From the human T2T-CHM13v2.0 reference genome, Homo sapiens, in the NCBI RefSeq assembly GCF_009914755.1, contig NC_060929.1: a stretch of 64,000 nt of DNA; one strand, given 5' to 3'. Within the stretch, counting starts at the first letter, position 1, and every line of letters begins with the position of its first letter. Shown piece by piece: positions 12,241-27,218 of this stretch. The translations under genes and the position numbers were made by a program. The notes beneath the pieces are model-generated. The model was not told the origin of the DNA, searched no databases, and saw only the letters and a list, made by a program, of their open reading frames with translations.

Positions 12241-13316
12241 AAATCTCACAGACATTGTAAAAGGGAAAATAATGGATTATTCTTTTTTTGTTAAAATATC
12301 CTTCTTGGTAGGATAATTTTTCTTAAGTATTTTATTTTAGGAAACCTTAACTATGACACGTTTTTTTAAATGCCATTTGGATATCACTCACATTATTACA
12401 CACAAATGCCACTCTAGCCAGGAAGGATACAAATTCTAGCATTGTAGCTGCTCACTAAATAGCTGTTAAATGAATGTTTCTTAGATAGATATTTACTAAC
12501 TATTCCAGTACTGAGCTAAGTCACATATTAATCCTATGTTCCCAGAATTAATGATTAGTGTCCTTGGAAGATTGTTGTGCCTTTCATCAAAACACAAATG
12601 AAACATTTTTAATGGATTTGCTAGAACACGTGGCCTACATATGCCATATAGTTATATTTGTATTATTTCCATATAAGAGAGATTTATTGCCTCATAATAG
12701 CAATTAGGAGAGGAAAAGTGGTGTTGGGTCTTTGAAGACAGTTTATAGAAAGAAGCAGTGGTTGAATTTTCTACATGTGGTAAATTTAGTGGAAAATTTA
12801 TTCATTTCCATTGCTGAGATGCCGTGTAGATGGCTAAATGTAAGGTTAAAATTCTTTTCCTCCATTTTAGAATTAGACCTGGAATCAAATCTTGCTCAGT
12901 GTCTGGGGAGATGAATTTAATACCTCTCTAAATTGCATGACATCATTTTCAGAAGTACCTTGAAACTGTTTGTGAACATGCTGATAAGAATGACCTCAAC
13001 TGCCCAGGAGGAGGGAAGAAGTTGATCTCTATTGGAGACCTTCACATTAAGGAGTGATTCTACCTGAGGTTGATTTATAGGGGCCCTAAAGGACACTGGT
13101 GGGTTTCATTGCCCTCAGCTGACCATCCAGGCTGAGTAGTCCAGCTGGTTGATGGGATAAACGGTGGTCTTGGTTGTTCCCACATTAGCTACGCATAGCC
13201 TTTTGGCCTAGAAACTTTCTGAAAGTTAATTTGGCAAGAGATATTTCCTGAAATAGCCCATTGCAGTGGCCCATTTTGAGCCCCAAATTGATGTTGAAAT
13301 AACTTATATGATTTTA

Positions 13317-13730
<414 letters not shown>

Positions 13731-13979
13731 TCATGAGCAATGTTATTCCTGTTAAATAAAATTCAATGTAAGTAACATTCAAAATAAGAAGAGTGTAATG
13801 GGTTACTTTAAAGACTTGAAGGAAAATCACAGACAAAGGTAGTTCATTTTGCTTTTTTTCTAAGATGCAGAGTCGAATTTTCATTTGGTCCAGCAAATTG
13901 CCAGAGAAATAAGTCTGTATTTTGTCACTAGTCATGGCCGCAGAGATGTTTATGAAAAGCACGGACAATCTTCCTGAGC

Positions 13980-14350
13980 TGTATCAGGAAATGTGTTCAG
14001 CTACAAGTAACAAAAGCCCCAAACAGTGGATTACGCGAATTAGGGTTTTTATTTTTCTCACCTTTCCAAAAGTCCAGAGATCAATGGCTAATGGTTTTGC
14101 CTCAGTGGCTTACAGATACCAAGGCCAAGGTACCTGGGAAAATCTGGGAAGAGCAAAGAGGGAAATGATGCAGGCCTGCTAGGTCTGCCCTTCTGTAAGG
14201 CCCACCCACAAAACTTCTGCTCACATTTTGTGGGTCCGAACTCTGTCTGCAGAAGGTGCTGGCTTTTAGCGGGACACATTACACCTCCCAACAATGTTAA
14301 AGTCTGTGAGAAAGAGGGGCAGGTGACCAGCTGGTCTGCCCCAATATCAT
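13980..14350 (-). mobile_element. Old MLT1 (MaLR) LTR remnant
   Basis: TCAGCTACAAGTAACAAAAGCCCCAAACAGTGG...TTTTTCTCAC...AAGTCCAGAG resembles a reverse MLT1 end. Confidence 0.45.
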
Positions 14351-16151
14351 GGCAAACTAAAGACAAGGACAGTGTCCTCAACACCTCTGGAAATGAACAT
14401 CTTGCTACGGATGGATCCATCTGAATATATCTCAAACCTGCTTAAATCTATTTATATTTTTAGCCAGTCTACATTTTTGAGGGAACAGTCAACAATGTTA
14501 GAAACAAACAAACAAACTCAAAAGTGTTTATTTTCAAGTTAGCCTTTCCCATAGAAGATAAAGAAGAGCTCAGTGGGCAGACAGTTGCTAAACATCACTG
14601 TTTGGGTGTTCCCCACTCTCTCCTAAAGAGCAACGTGGGAATTGCTAATACTTGGAGACTCCCTCCTTTCCCTACTCATCATTCCTCCATACGCATACAT
14701 GTATTCAGGCCAGTCACGTAGACCAAGCTTCCATCAAGCCCCACTGTGCACCAGTGTACTGTGTGTGAGTGTGTATATATCTACATTATATATGTTATTT
14801 TCTCTATATTATGTTTTTTGCATCTTAAAAACCCTTTCTGCCTGGGGAGAGACTGCCTCTCTCTGGGCTAGCCAATTCTTAGAGACAGCAAAGGGCTCCG
14901 AGGGGAATATGTCCTTGATATGCAAGCTAAGCAATCTAGAGTCATCCTCCTCTATTTGGCCCAGCCACCCCAGGAGGCAATATAGCCTTGCTAAAGTTAA
15001 GCTCAGATATGGAATTATCTGTGTTGCAGTGGAAATGGTTAAGTTGCAACATAAATCGTTGGCTCATCTGAACTCTTGGGTGAGTTGGCTGTACTTTGGG
15101 AATGAGATGAAGTGTTTTTTTTTTTTTTAAACCAAGCCTTCACTGCTTCCACATGGAAGGCACCATATGGGTAGAAGGTGCCCAGTGCAAAGGATGAGCA
15201 TTCTGGCTGATGAGTAGTTCTTCCAGAACAATATGGGGCTCCTGCCTTGTCCTGGGTGAGGCATATGACTTGTGCTACTTCTCCAGCAGCCGTGAAGAAC
15301 TTCCATTCCAATATTCATATTCACATTGCAAATCTATTTGAGTTCTGCTGTGAGTCTGGGCACCATAAAAACAGGGAAGAGCAATCTGTGGTAGCAGCAC
15401 CACTAGGGACAGCCTCCAGCTGTTTGTGGCATATAGGAACATTCGAGAGGGAGGACACACTCAATAAATCTTAGTAATGAGTTGAAAGTTGCCCACCTCC
15501 TTCCAAAAGTCTTTGAGTTGCATCTGCTCTACATTTCTACCTCCTTCCTCTTTCTCTATTTCCTTTCTGCCTAGAGCCTTCCATTATCCTGAGCTTTGCT
15601 ATAAAATCATCAAAGGTTCATAGTTACCTAAACCTACTCTAGGCTGGGCCGATGTTCCTCTGATGTACTGTACTGTGTTCTCTGAATTGTAAAATATGTT
15701 CATGATTAACCCAAAACTAGACTGAAAGTACCTACGATTGGGGGAAAAATAAAAGGTCATTTCTTAAAAGGGTAGCTGGAGGCTGGATGGGAGAATGCTG
15801 TGACAAGGGGCTATGGGGAGGAAAACTCTCCCAAGGTGCGAAGAGCCCCTGAGGCAGGGGTCGAGAGATGGGAGGGACAGCTGGGCACGCCCTCAGTCAG
15901 AAATGCCCAAGGCGGTGTCTGAGCACTGTGCTTCCTGACGTCCCTACATGTCCCCCTAGATCCTGAGGACTAGAAGCTGCTATATATGCTGCCGGCCTCA
16001 GAAAAGAGATGCCAGGTATTGCCATTGCTATTGAAGTGCTTATGATTATGTTAGAAGTTGACTTTTGGGCTGAGACCTCTGGAGTTGTGTGTGGTAGGCA
16101 TGATGGAAAGAAGGGGATGCAATCCTATCATTTCTCATAAGATCAAGAAAA

Positions 16152-16465
16152 GCATCTGTGTAACAGAAAGATAACGTGAGCCACATGGCTCATCTTCATT
16201 CTTCTAGTAGCCCTATTAAGAACCTAAAAAGATATGGGTGAAATAAATTTTAATAATGTAGTTATTTAACCCTATATAGCCAAAATATTATTTTAACATG
16301 TAATCAATATAAAATGTTAAGGAGATACTTTGTAAATGTTTTGGGTACAAAATCTTCAAAATCTGCTGTGTATGTTGTACTCACAGCACACTGTAATTTA
16401 GACCAGCTACATTTCAAGTGTTCAGTAGCCACACGTGGCTGGTGGCTCCTGTATTGATCAGAAGC
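16152..16465. mobile_element. MER33 (hAT-Charlie)
   Basis: GTGAGCCACAT...AACATGTAATCAATATAAAA...ACATTTCAAGTGTTCAGTAGCCACACGTGGCTGGTGGCT. Confidence 0.85.
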
Positions 16466-17096
16466 ACTCTAGGAAGATCCATTGCTTCAACATATCACGG
16501 CTGCTTTCATCCATCTTCACCCTGCCTCTCTCTCTCTGACCATTCTGTAACCTCTCCCTTCCTTCCTTCTTTCTACTTGCCCCCATTTTCCCTAACTCCT
16601 TTCCCAGTACTCCCCACTCTTTCTTTGCTCCTTTTCTTTCTTATGTCAGTGACTTTTTCACTGGATAGTAGAGCCAGAAAGAAAGGAACAAAAAGAGCTT
16701 ACTTTTGTGCTAGAATAGAAGAGATACAGGAGCAAACAGTATGTAGTTCTAGCCCAAACCATACCAAATCAAGTTCCAGGAAGAAATAACATTGCTAAGT
16801 AAATTTTGTTTGGAAAGGAGGTCATTAAATTAATTTAATTCATAATAAAATAAGAAACACTAACTATTCTCTATGATTTAATGACTCTATGCACACGTGT
16901 ATCAAATTTTCCAACAGTAGCCATACCAGATTTCTTTCAGTGGCATAGAATCTATTTAATTGCTTGATCTTTGTAAACTAGCATCCAAGCTCATGCAGAA
17001 TGTGTGGGAAGCATTCTCAGATGCTACACTTCTCTTTGCCACCGAAAGCCTCACCGACTCATATCCCTGTTTCTCAGAAACAGGAATAAGGAGATA

Positions 17097-18341
17097 CAGT
17101 CACACACTGCATAATGATGCTTTGCCCAGTGATGGTCCACATGTAGGACGGTGGTCTCATATGAAAAAACCAGTAGGGAACAGTGGCATGTGCCTGTAAT
17201 CCCAGCTACTCAGGAGACTAACATGGGAGGATCACTTGAGCTCAGAAGTTTGAGGCTACAATGAGCCACAACTGTGCCACTGCACTCCAGCCTGGGTGAC
17301 AGAGCAAAACTCTGTCTCAAAAAGAAAAAAAAAAAGAAAAAGAAAGTCTAGCACAACTATTATGCATTGTACATGTACATAATACTTAAAAATGATAATA
17401 AACAACGTTACTGACTTATACATAATTTTCATCACTATTTTAGAGTACTCCTTTTACTTATTTAAAAAAAAAACTGTAAAACAGCCTCAGGAAGGTCCTT
17501 TAGGAGGTATTCCAGAAGAAGGCATTGTTATCGTAGGAGACAACAGCTTCACGCGTGTAACTGCCTCTGAAGACCTTCCAGTGGGACAAGATGTGGAAGT
17601 GGAAGACAGTGATATTGATGATCCTGACCCTGTGTAGGCCTAGGCTAATGTTTGCATTTGTGTCTTAGTTTTTAACAAAAAAGTTTAAAAAGTAAAAAAG
17701 AATTTAATAGAAAAAAGCTTATAGAGTAAAGATATAAAGAAAGAAAATATTTTTGTACAGCTGTACAATGTATTCGTGTTTTAAGCTAAACGTTATTACA
17801 AAAGAGTCAAAAAGTTAAAAAAATTAAAAAGTTTATAAAGTAAAAAAGTTTCAGTAAGCTAAGGGTAATTTATTATTGAAGAAAGAAAAAAATTTTAAAT
17901 AAATTTAGTGTAGCCTAAGTGTCCAGTGTTTATAAAGTCTACGGTTGTGTACAGTAATGTCCTAGGCCTTCACATTCACTCACCACTCACTCACTCACTC
18001 ACCCAGAACATCTTCCAGGCCTGCAAGCTCCAATCACGGTAAGTGCCCTATACAAGGGTACCCGTTTTAATGTTTTATACTGTATTTTTACTGTATCTTT
18101 TCTATGTTTAGATTCAAAAATGCTTACCATTGTGTTATAATTGCCTACAATATTGAGTACAGTAACATGCTGTACAGGTTTGTAGGGTAGGAGCAATAGG
18201 CTATACCTTATATCCTAGGTGTATAGTAGGCTATACCATCTAGGTTTGTGTAAGTACACTATGATGTTCACACAAGGACAAAGTCGCCAAATGATGCATT
18301 TCAGAAGGAATGTATCCCTACCATTAAGTGACGTATGACAA
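17097..18341 (+). mobile_element. Tigger3/GOLEM-type non-autonomous DNA transposon
   Basis: Ends TA|CAGTCACACACTGCATAATGA and TTAAGTGACGTATGACAA|TA (degenerate TIRs, TA TSD). Internal GAAGACCTTCCAGTGGGACAAGATGTGGAAGTGGAAGACAGTGATATTGATGATCCTGACCCTGTGTAGGCC. Confidence 0.88.
17176..17345 (+). mobile_element. Alu monomer (FRAM/AluJ right arm) within Tigger3
   Basis: GCCTGTAATCCCAGCTACTC...GGGAGGATCACTTGAGC...TTTGAGGCTACAATGAGC plus A-tail. Confidence 0.9.
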
Positions 18342-19139
18342 TAGTTTCTTTTCCCCTCTTCCCTCCTCTTTGATGTTGAAGAATGGCTTGGCAGAGCCTG
18401 GAGGTCAGTCACATAATGAAATGGTTGACTCCTAACTCTAAGATGTGGATTTCTTTGGTACAGAGAGCTGTTCTTCAAAGTCTTAAATATACAAGAATCC
18501 CAGCTTGGGCTCCCAGAGATATTAGGTGTTTTTCTCACCTCCTTATTTCCCTCTTGTTCAATAGTATTCACTATTCCATTGTGAAGTCTCCCCCAGGTCA
18601 TTTTTGGTTGATTCTGGGCATCTTTCTTGATCATCCCAGCTCTTCCCACTGGTTGGGATACACTAGGAGCTTTTCCAAAATTTGATCTTGGGCTCTGCTA
18701 TACCGGCATGCTGCCTCAAACAGACAGTCCCTTGACTTACCATAAGTCAATTCCATTGTCCAGCTTCTTAAATAGAAATCATTTGGTCGTTTTAATATTT
18801 TGACTGCTCATTCCTGCATTTATATATAATTATGCTTAGACTGCCTTTTTCTACCATGTGCAAATTCAACATGAAAACACTTCTCTCTTTAGCTTTAGCC
18901 TCACTGGCTATGCTGAGCCAAAGCTTTTGTTTTCTGTCTAGCTTATCCACCACCCACTTCATTTGACCTTATAAACATGTTTAAATAGATTTCTCGGATA
19001 ATGACCATTCTAGCTGGCAACTTCCCGTTTAGATATTATAGCAGGCACAGTGCAAATTAGAGGGCAGAGCAAAAGCACTAAGAATCATGAGACCCTGGAT
19101 AAATATAGTAGACCCGCTCAGCCTCATAGGACAAGGCTG

Positions 19140-19300
19140 GGTTCTTACCCCAGTTTACCCACTGACTCAGGGGGTGACTCTGGGGAAGTCCGAGTAAAAC
19201 AATCATTGGTTTCATCTACTGGTGACTCAGTCATGTTGATCTCGATAAATGGGGGCAAAAGAAGGAGTCCGCTGTCACGGAGACACCTCATTTCCATCCT
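19140..19300. promoter_or_regulatory. Candidate AP-1/FOX enhancer core
   Basis: TGACTCA at 19163 and 19223, GTGACTCT at 19174, GGGGAAGTCC at 19182 and GTAAAACAA at 19194, all in unique sequence. Confidence 0.4.
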
Positions 19301-20458
19301 GGATATTTCACTGTTCCCTGGGTTGGCCTCTGAGTTCACTGGGAGGAAAACAAAGATGCCCTTTGTGCACTATTGAAGGCAGGCTGGGGCAACTGGCCGT
19401 ATCAGCAATGAGAGGAATCTTTTAAAGGTTAGCAGATGGGCAAATAGGAAGAGCTGTTCAACCTGATATTAAAAGGTTGCGTTTCAAAGGTGGCTTTGTT
19501 CAATTCGGTGTTATCTTGCTTTAATATTTTCCACTGCTCTGCGATTTTGCTAATAGACCGTTCCACCAGTGATGAGAGCATTCAGTGAGAGCCTGGTGTT
19601 CTGCTCAGTACCAAGTGCAGCACTTTCACATGCTTGATGCTCAATGAATGTTGAAGGAGAGAGTGAATGGATACAGAGCTGAATGAGTAGGTATGGTTAC
19701 ATTGTAAATGGCCTTGCTCACATTCTTTGACAGCAGCTTTCTTTGCTGACTTGATTTTCCAAATGTCAGAATTGTCAAATCTGAGCTTCTTCAAGTTTTC
19801 TTTCTTTTCCTGATTTCTAGAGTAAGGGTTGGTTTAGTAAGCATTTTCAGTGACTCTCTGATCATCTGATGGGTCTTTTAGATTCAGCTATTTGCAGGAG
19901 ATCATATTTTTGTGACCTAGAAGGGAAATTTTTTTGGATAAATTTTCATGAGTCTTTATTAAATAAACTTAGCATATCCTCCTTCCTCATTCCATAGAAA
20001 TAGATCTCCATACTTTCTGAGTTGGAATAAGGAAATGAAATAATATAATATATAAAGTTGTACAGTAATTTGATGAGCAACTAGATTAATTGTTCTTCAA
20101 AATGCAGAAAATAAACCAGTATACTAAAGGAAAAATGCAACTTGCAAAATAAATTACTGTATAAAAAAACTTAAACATTCATATTTTTCCCTTTGAGGGA
20201 GAAGAGGCAACTTCAGATGGGTGAATGACATCATTGTTGACTAGTTAATAAAATCATCTTATATAATATAGTTCTTATACACTTTTTTTGTTGTCCTGAA
20301 TACCTTTACGTCCTGATAAAAATTGCTTGAGGCATGAGGAACAAGTGTTCGGTACTCTTTGAAGAGATGTGGTAACTAAGCATTGGGGGTTGGCCTTGTT
20401 GCCTAAGATCACACAGTTTGCAGCTGAACTGAAACTAGAAACCGGGGATGCTGGATCA

Positions 20459-20803
<345 letters not shown>

Positions 20804-23800
20804 TCAGATGCACAAAATATGAATGGAAGAAGAGCTAATAATAATGAAATGTTTTTGGTAGGGTTTACCTCAATGAAAAGCAAAATCACCTCCACTATTT
20901 TCTCCCAATTGAATGAAATGTTCTAAGTATCAATCTAGGAGTTCCATAAAAGCAAGGACTGTGCCTCCTTCAGATCTCCTGGATCTAACCCAATTTCTCA
21001 TGTAGTAGGTCCTAAACACATGCTTGATGAATGAATAGATAACTTTCCACAATGTCTTCTGTTGTTAGCTCCTTCTCTTATCCCTTAATAATCCTTTCAC
21101 ATATTTCCTCCCTCTGGGTGGACCATAAGTCAACTTCAAGATTAGACATGTGGCATAACATCATTGTGAATACATATTTATTGAGCACAGTGAGGAAGCA
21201 AGAGTTGAAGCAAGGGTTATATTTGTCTTCTTGGATTCCACTCCTTCATAAATAAAGAAAACACAACTAGTAGAACTTTTGGGGTTGAAGAGACTTTAGA
21301 GATCATGTAGTATATTTCCTTCAGCTGAAGTGCAAAGGTATGAAATGGCTAAGGAAGGCCTCATAAGGAGATGGGAGCAGTGCTGATATGAGATTGGCAT
21401 CTCCCAAATTCCAGTCCCGTGTTTGTTCTAATGCACCACCTCTTGCCTTTCTGGTGCATGTGTATATGTGTATATATCTATATCCATATCCATATCTATA
21501 GCTATCTTGAAATGAGTTGGTCATTCTTGTCTAAATTTGAGTAACATCAAGGTCCCCGAAATTCAACAGGAAGGGTAACATATATTGCAAATGGTCTCTT
21601 TTCAATGAAATATGTTTTTGATTAGTATCTTATCAACAGTTTTCATAAGCAGTATAAGAAATGAAAATGATCACGTAGCACTAGTTGGACATTCACTTTG
21701 ACTGCTTGTCAATCATTAAGTGTTCATTCACATGCCATGATGGACTGTAGGGCACCCTGTTGGATGCTGGAGGAGTAGGGATAAGAAGAAGGATGAGGCA
21801 AAATCCCTGTCTTCAAGGATCATGCAGTCAGTTTGGAAAATTAATATTTACATAAAAATGAATAACATGAGTGTCCATTAAATGGTAGAAGTGCAGGTAA
21901 TAGTGCTGCCATCTCACTGCATTAGGGAGGCCTTTCTGGAGGAGGATGTATTTATGCATATAAAGGATTGGCCAAGCTAAAACAAGTGAAGGAGACTACT
22001 TTGGTGGGTCAGGGATGCAGAGAAAATGACAAAATCAAATGCCAATAATTCTAATGGTTTTCAAGATTCCTTAAAGTATTTTGGCCATCGGTTTTCAAGT
22101 ATAGACTATAATTTGCACTACGTATGTACTAATCCTATTGTATTTAGGTTTTAGCGTTGACTCTCACAAAACCATAATCTGAAAGGCTCCTGTGACAGGC
22201 ATTGACAGCTATATAGAACAACCTTTGGCTAAAGGATGGGCATCTCTGACCAGTAGTGTAGTGGCCACTTCTCTGCTCTTCTCACGTCCCCTCAGATCCA
22301 TTGTGCCATGTTGGTGTGCCTTTCCCCTAGCTTCTCTGTGATTTTGTTTCTAGGTTCACCCTTGTGACTCTCTCAGAGGACTGCCCCATTGTCTGCAAGC
22401 CTGAAAACCAGAAGTGCCTAAGGGGTTGCATCCTCCCTGCACAGCCATTAGCCAATGACTGGCAAAGGAGAGGGAAAGCTCGGATCCATTGCCTCGTTTG
22501 GGAAAAACTCGGAGACATGATTCGCACTCTGGAGTTTTCCTGCAGGATCAGGCCTACATCCCCTTTCTGAAATTTCTCATAAACCACGGTCCCCTGCTTG
22601 GCTTTTTCCCCTTCCCTGCCCATCATCCATCTTCCTCTACTTCTCTCCTTCATTTCAGAATCTGCATCTGAGAAAACTGCCCTAAGATAAGGAATATGCT
22701 TATCTTCCAATTTGAGTTCTGTAAACAACAGCCAAGAGAGCAGGGGTGACGATACAGCTGAGCCACAATCAAGTTTCTTATTATTTTCCAGGCACAGAAG
22801 ATTCCAGTCCACATCCTTTCTTCCTTTCATTCCCAAGATATAGCAATAGAAGTCTGAAGACGGTAAACTCTAATAACTGTTCCCTGAATAGAAAATAACA
22901 AGCCTTCCCCTCCATACCTAACAGTCCCCAATACAATTGGTGTTCATAATATGCAGTTTGAAGACAATGATGACCAATGACCAAAGGCATAATCTGAATC
23001 ACAGCCCTATATCAGTGCTCTGGACCCACATATCCTCTTGCTTACCCAGTGATGTTTACCAGGAGGCATCTTGCCAGAAAGGAAATCAGCTGTGGGGGCT
23101 ATACAGTTCCAGGAGCCAGCCCATCAAGAAGGCATTTGTGAGTTTCAGGGCGTGGGGATACAGTGGAACAAAAGTGGTGTCTGTTTGCTTGCATCATGGA
23201 AGCAGCATTGGAAGAAATCACTCCTGACCAACCGATGCCAGTTGGTGGAGCCCAGATTTTTAAAACTAGCTGATTGCCCATCAAGAAGGATGTCCAAGGG
23301 ATGAACCCACCAGCCTGACTCTCTCCCTCCCTCTGTTTGATTTTTTCAGGAGTGCTACTCTGTGATAGGCTGCACTCATGTGATGATTACTGTATTGTGC
23401 ATTTGCTGATTCTTATGATGTACAGACTTTCCAAAGCTCAGCTGCTTTATAATGTCCAAATTAATACCAACAGCATTTCTGGGAAGAGGAAGGGAACTAC
23501 TGTGACATATGGACCAAATCTGATGATTCACATAAAACTCATCATCATTATTTTACCTCCTTTGTCCCCTTCTAGTCCTTTAAGAAATAAGAATCAATCA
23601 TTGTCACATTGTCTAGTTATTTATGCTGTACTTACCCAAAAAGGTAAGTTTACATCTCATGAATTTTGACTTATTGAGAAGAAATCCAATCTCAGTCCTG
23701 GATTGAGACTGTTCTTGTTGTTAATTAATGAAAACTGAATTATAGATTGTTTTGTACAAAAAGTGTTATTGAAAGAAATGTCACACTAAAAGGTATATCA

Positions 23801-24137
23801 AAAGCCTTGAAAAAATTCAGATTCATTGTGTTTAGCATTAGTCTCATCCATCATTCTGGGAGAAGGCATATTCAAATCAACAAGGTTATTTTGACATAAT
23901 GTACTCTTAGTGATTCTTCACAATTCCTCCAGGATGACAGATAGGACTTGGTAATCATAGCTGAAGAGGGTTCATCAATTCATAGTTAAATTAATGAATG
24001 AACAAAATATAATGTCATTCATCCATCCATTTATTCATCATCCTACTTAGTAACTCACTTTTTAACAATGCTTCCTAAAATGCTATGCACACTGTGAATT
24101 GGTTTTACAAGATTCTTTTAATCAAAGATGAAATTTA

Positions 24138-24418
24138 TAACATAGAAACAGAAAACCAAATACTGCTTATTCTCACTTACAAGTGGGAGCTAAACACTGG
24201 GTACACACTGGCACAAAGATGGGAAAAACAGACACTGGGGACTACAGGAGAGGGTAGGAGGGGGACAAGGTTTGAAAAACTTCCTATTGGGAAGTTTACT
24301 CTCAGTAAGCTCAATACCTGGGTGATGGGTTCAATTGTACTCCAAACCTCAGCATCACACAATATACCCTTTAACAAACCTGCACATATACCCCAAGTCT
24401 AAAATAAAAGTTGAGAAA
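24138..24418 (+). mobile_element. Old L1PA (PA15/16-like) 3' fragment
   Basis: TTCTCACTTACAAGTGGGAGCTAAACACTGGGTACAC...CTAAAATAAAAGTTG. TSD AAAGATGAAATTTA at 24124-24137 and 24419-24432. Confidence 0.9.
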
Positions 24419-27218
24419 AAAGATGAAATTTAGTTCAGCCACAGTCTTACAGACAATATCGAATTAATAAAGTCTAAAGTTATGAAGTTATGAGATTTGA
24501 CAGTTTTATAGTAGTTGACATCCATAGAATAGACAGTCTGGACTTTACGTGATCTATGGGACATCTAGAGGATGTCCAACAGAAGAGAGGCTGCCTTTTC
24601 TGTGTACCTCTTTTAATAAGTAAGGACAGCTTCTTAGAACCCCCCAAACAGGCTTCTTTCTGAACCAATCACTGACATGAGAAATGAAACAGCTACTTAA
24701 GATTAATGAAGATTTGCTCTCTGAGTCATGTAAAGGAGGGGCAAAGACCTGAACAAAAAGTAAAGGAAGAGAGAAATGACTGGTGGCCAATAAACCAACA
24801 GTGTCTGCTTCAGCTACGTTTCCAGGAGCCAGCTTCTTCTACAATGGTGAGAAGTGTGTTGAGGGGTCGTGAGGTGACTTTTTGCAAGGGTGGCTATTGC
24901 TTGTAAGTGAAGACACGGGGGCCATAAGGTATGATTGATGGAGGAACATTCTCACCTTCCCCAAAATACCTCACAAATGCATCTCCTGAAAAGTCCCACA
25001 TTATGACTTTGGGTTACATTATTTTATCTGGAATTAAAATACCTATGAAAATGCATGTTTATAATTTTAGAGTGGGATAGCATAGTAAATAAACACTTTA
25101 GGATATTTTCTTCAGCAACTCTCTTTTAAGCGCCTAAGAGCAAGGCACTCTGCTAGGTGGGAGATGCAGGAATACCTCAAAGATAGCCCTCTATTCTGAC
25201 AATCTATCAATTTGAGTGAACTCTGTGCACAAGGACCATAGTGGAAAGTGATACCATCGAGATGTGGCTGACATTGGAGTTCAAAGGTAGGAACTATAAC
25301 TTCTGAATGATGTAGAGGAAGAAAGGAGAATGGTGGAGAAGGTGGTGTTAGAGTGGGCCGTGAACAACTCTAAAATGCAGATACAGAAAAAGACAATCAA
25401 GGCAAAAGGGTTCCATGGAGGTGTGGAGAAGCACAGGAAGCATGCAGGGGAAACAGAAAGATCCCCTTTACTTGGAGCAAAATGATGGCAATCCATGGCT
25501 GATAAGATGAGAAACAACTCTTAGAGGCGCTTGATGCCAGGTTAAGGAGTTCAGAATTTGTTACAGATACAGAGAGGATCCTTCAAAGGTATTAGAAAAA
25601 GAAAGTGACTTTTGATCAGAATTGTTATTAGGGAAATTGTCTGGTTTTGATGGGGGAATAAATTGAATGGAAGCAGGTAATAATAGACTTTGGCAGTGGT
25701 AAGGGCAGTTATGTATCTACTAATTATTTGCAATGACTTGGAGAGATAAAACATTTCAGGAAAAGTAGCATAGTCAGAGAAGTTTAGGTTCACACAAGTC
25801 ATCTCCCTGTCTTGGGTATCCAAGAGACAATGTAAGGCCACTAGGGCTCCCAAGAAGTTTCTGGTGGGGGCAGGGGTTAGACTGAAGTCCAACAGCAATG
25901 TTTGCCATGTCGGCATTTGGCCCAGTGCAGAGATTTCTCCCAAGCACTGACAGGCTTTTTCTCATCCATGGAGACTGGGTTCCCAACCACTGTGTCTGTA
26001 GCCCCTGGTATTCCCTGAATTGGCACCAACCATTGCCTAAATGTTCCCCTTTGTTCTTAACTTCCTAAATGACTCATCAGATTCCTACTTATGTTGTCTG
26101 AGTTGTTTTATGAAACCCTAATGTGACAGATGAGACCTAATTCCCTTGGGGATTATTATTTCTCTAGGTAGTTTCCCATTATGGCAGTTTCAATTACATG
26201 TGTATTTCTGCCAACAATGCTTAGTTCTCTCTTTTGTACTTTAAAGATTCTTGATATCAGGTCCAGACTTCTGGAATTCACTTCCCCAGCTCTTTTGACT
26301 ATATTTGAGTAGAAGTTCTGGCAGGGAATTTTTATGAAGCCATGCTATATATGATAGATTCTAACTGAAGAGTGAGATGTGGAAGATATTGCAAAAGCTA
26401 AGGGTTGCTACTGGCTGCAGTAATGATGGGAAACCCGATAATTCAGCCAGCCTGCTAGGTAGATCCACCTTTATTAACCTGAATTATCTATCTACCTATC
26501 TATCTATCTACCTACCTACCTACCAATGAGCATTTCACAACTATAGGGCAAAGTTGCACCAAGAAGCCATTAGCAAACGTATTTATTCAATAACACAAAG
26601 AGTCCAAAGAAATAGAGTTACTAAAGTACAATTTAAAATTTTTTATTTTTATCAGCATTCTCACCATTGTATAATCAAACAGAATTGTTTCAACCTAGTT
26701 GGCCTGTCAGGTTATCTTGATCAGCAAGGATTAATTCATTAGACCATATCCCTGTCTGTATGCAAGGAGAAATATAATTGTTAGGACATTCACGATTAGG
26801 ACTGACTTTCATCTGGCATGCACTGGTAGAGCCTATCAGACAGCACCCATTCTCTTTACTGGTGGTGGTCCATGTAGTTAATAAATTGTTGGACTGTTAC
26901 TCTTGCACAAATTGCTGAATTATAAATATAAAGAATTATAAAATAAGATAAAAATAGCCTGTTAAGGAAACCTAAACCCTCTGACTTTAATGCTTTCATG
27001 CTGATACATCCTGTGTCAGATATGACACCTATAGGTGATTTTACAACCACAGGTTATTAAGCACCAATGTACAGACCAAGGAGGAAAATAATGTAGTTAT
27101 GAAAACTAAGTAGTATATTCAGAGGGTTCTTTGACTTACAAAACATTCGTCTCAACAAGAGTTTACAGTTCAGAAAAATCAGAAAAGTTTCAGGAACAAA
27201 ATAAACATCTAGATTTTA

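Noticed and set aside
17392-17637. Acidic 81-aa ORF (EDLPVGQDVEVEDSDIDDPDPV)
   Set aside because: It is internal Tigger3 sequence, not a host gene or an intact transposase.
22327-22836. 169-aa ORF
   Set aside because: It has no ATG start and no recognisable domain, and probably overlaps a decayed LTR-like region.
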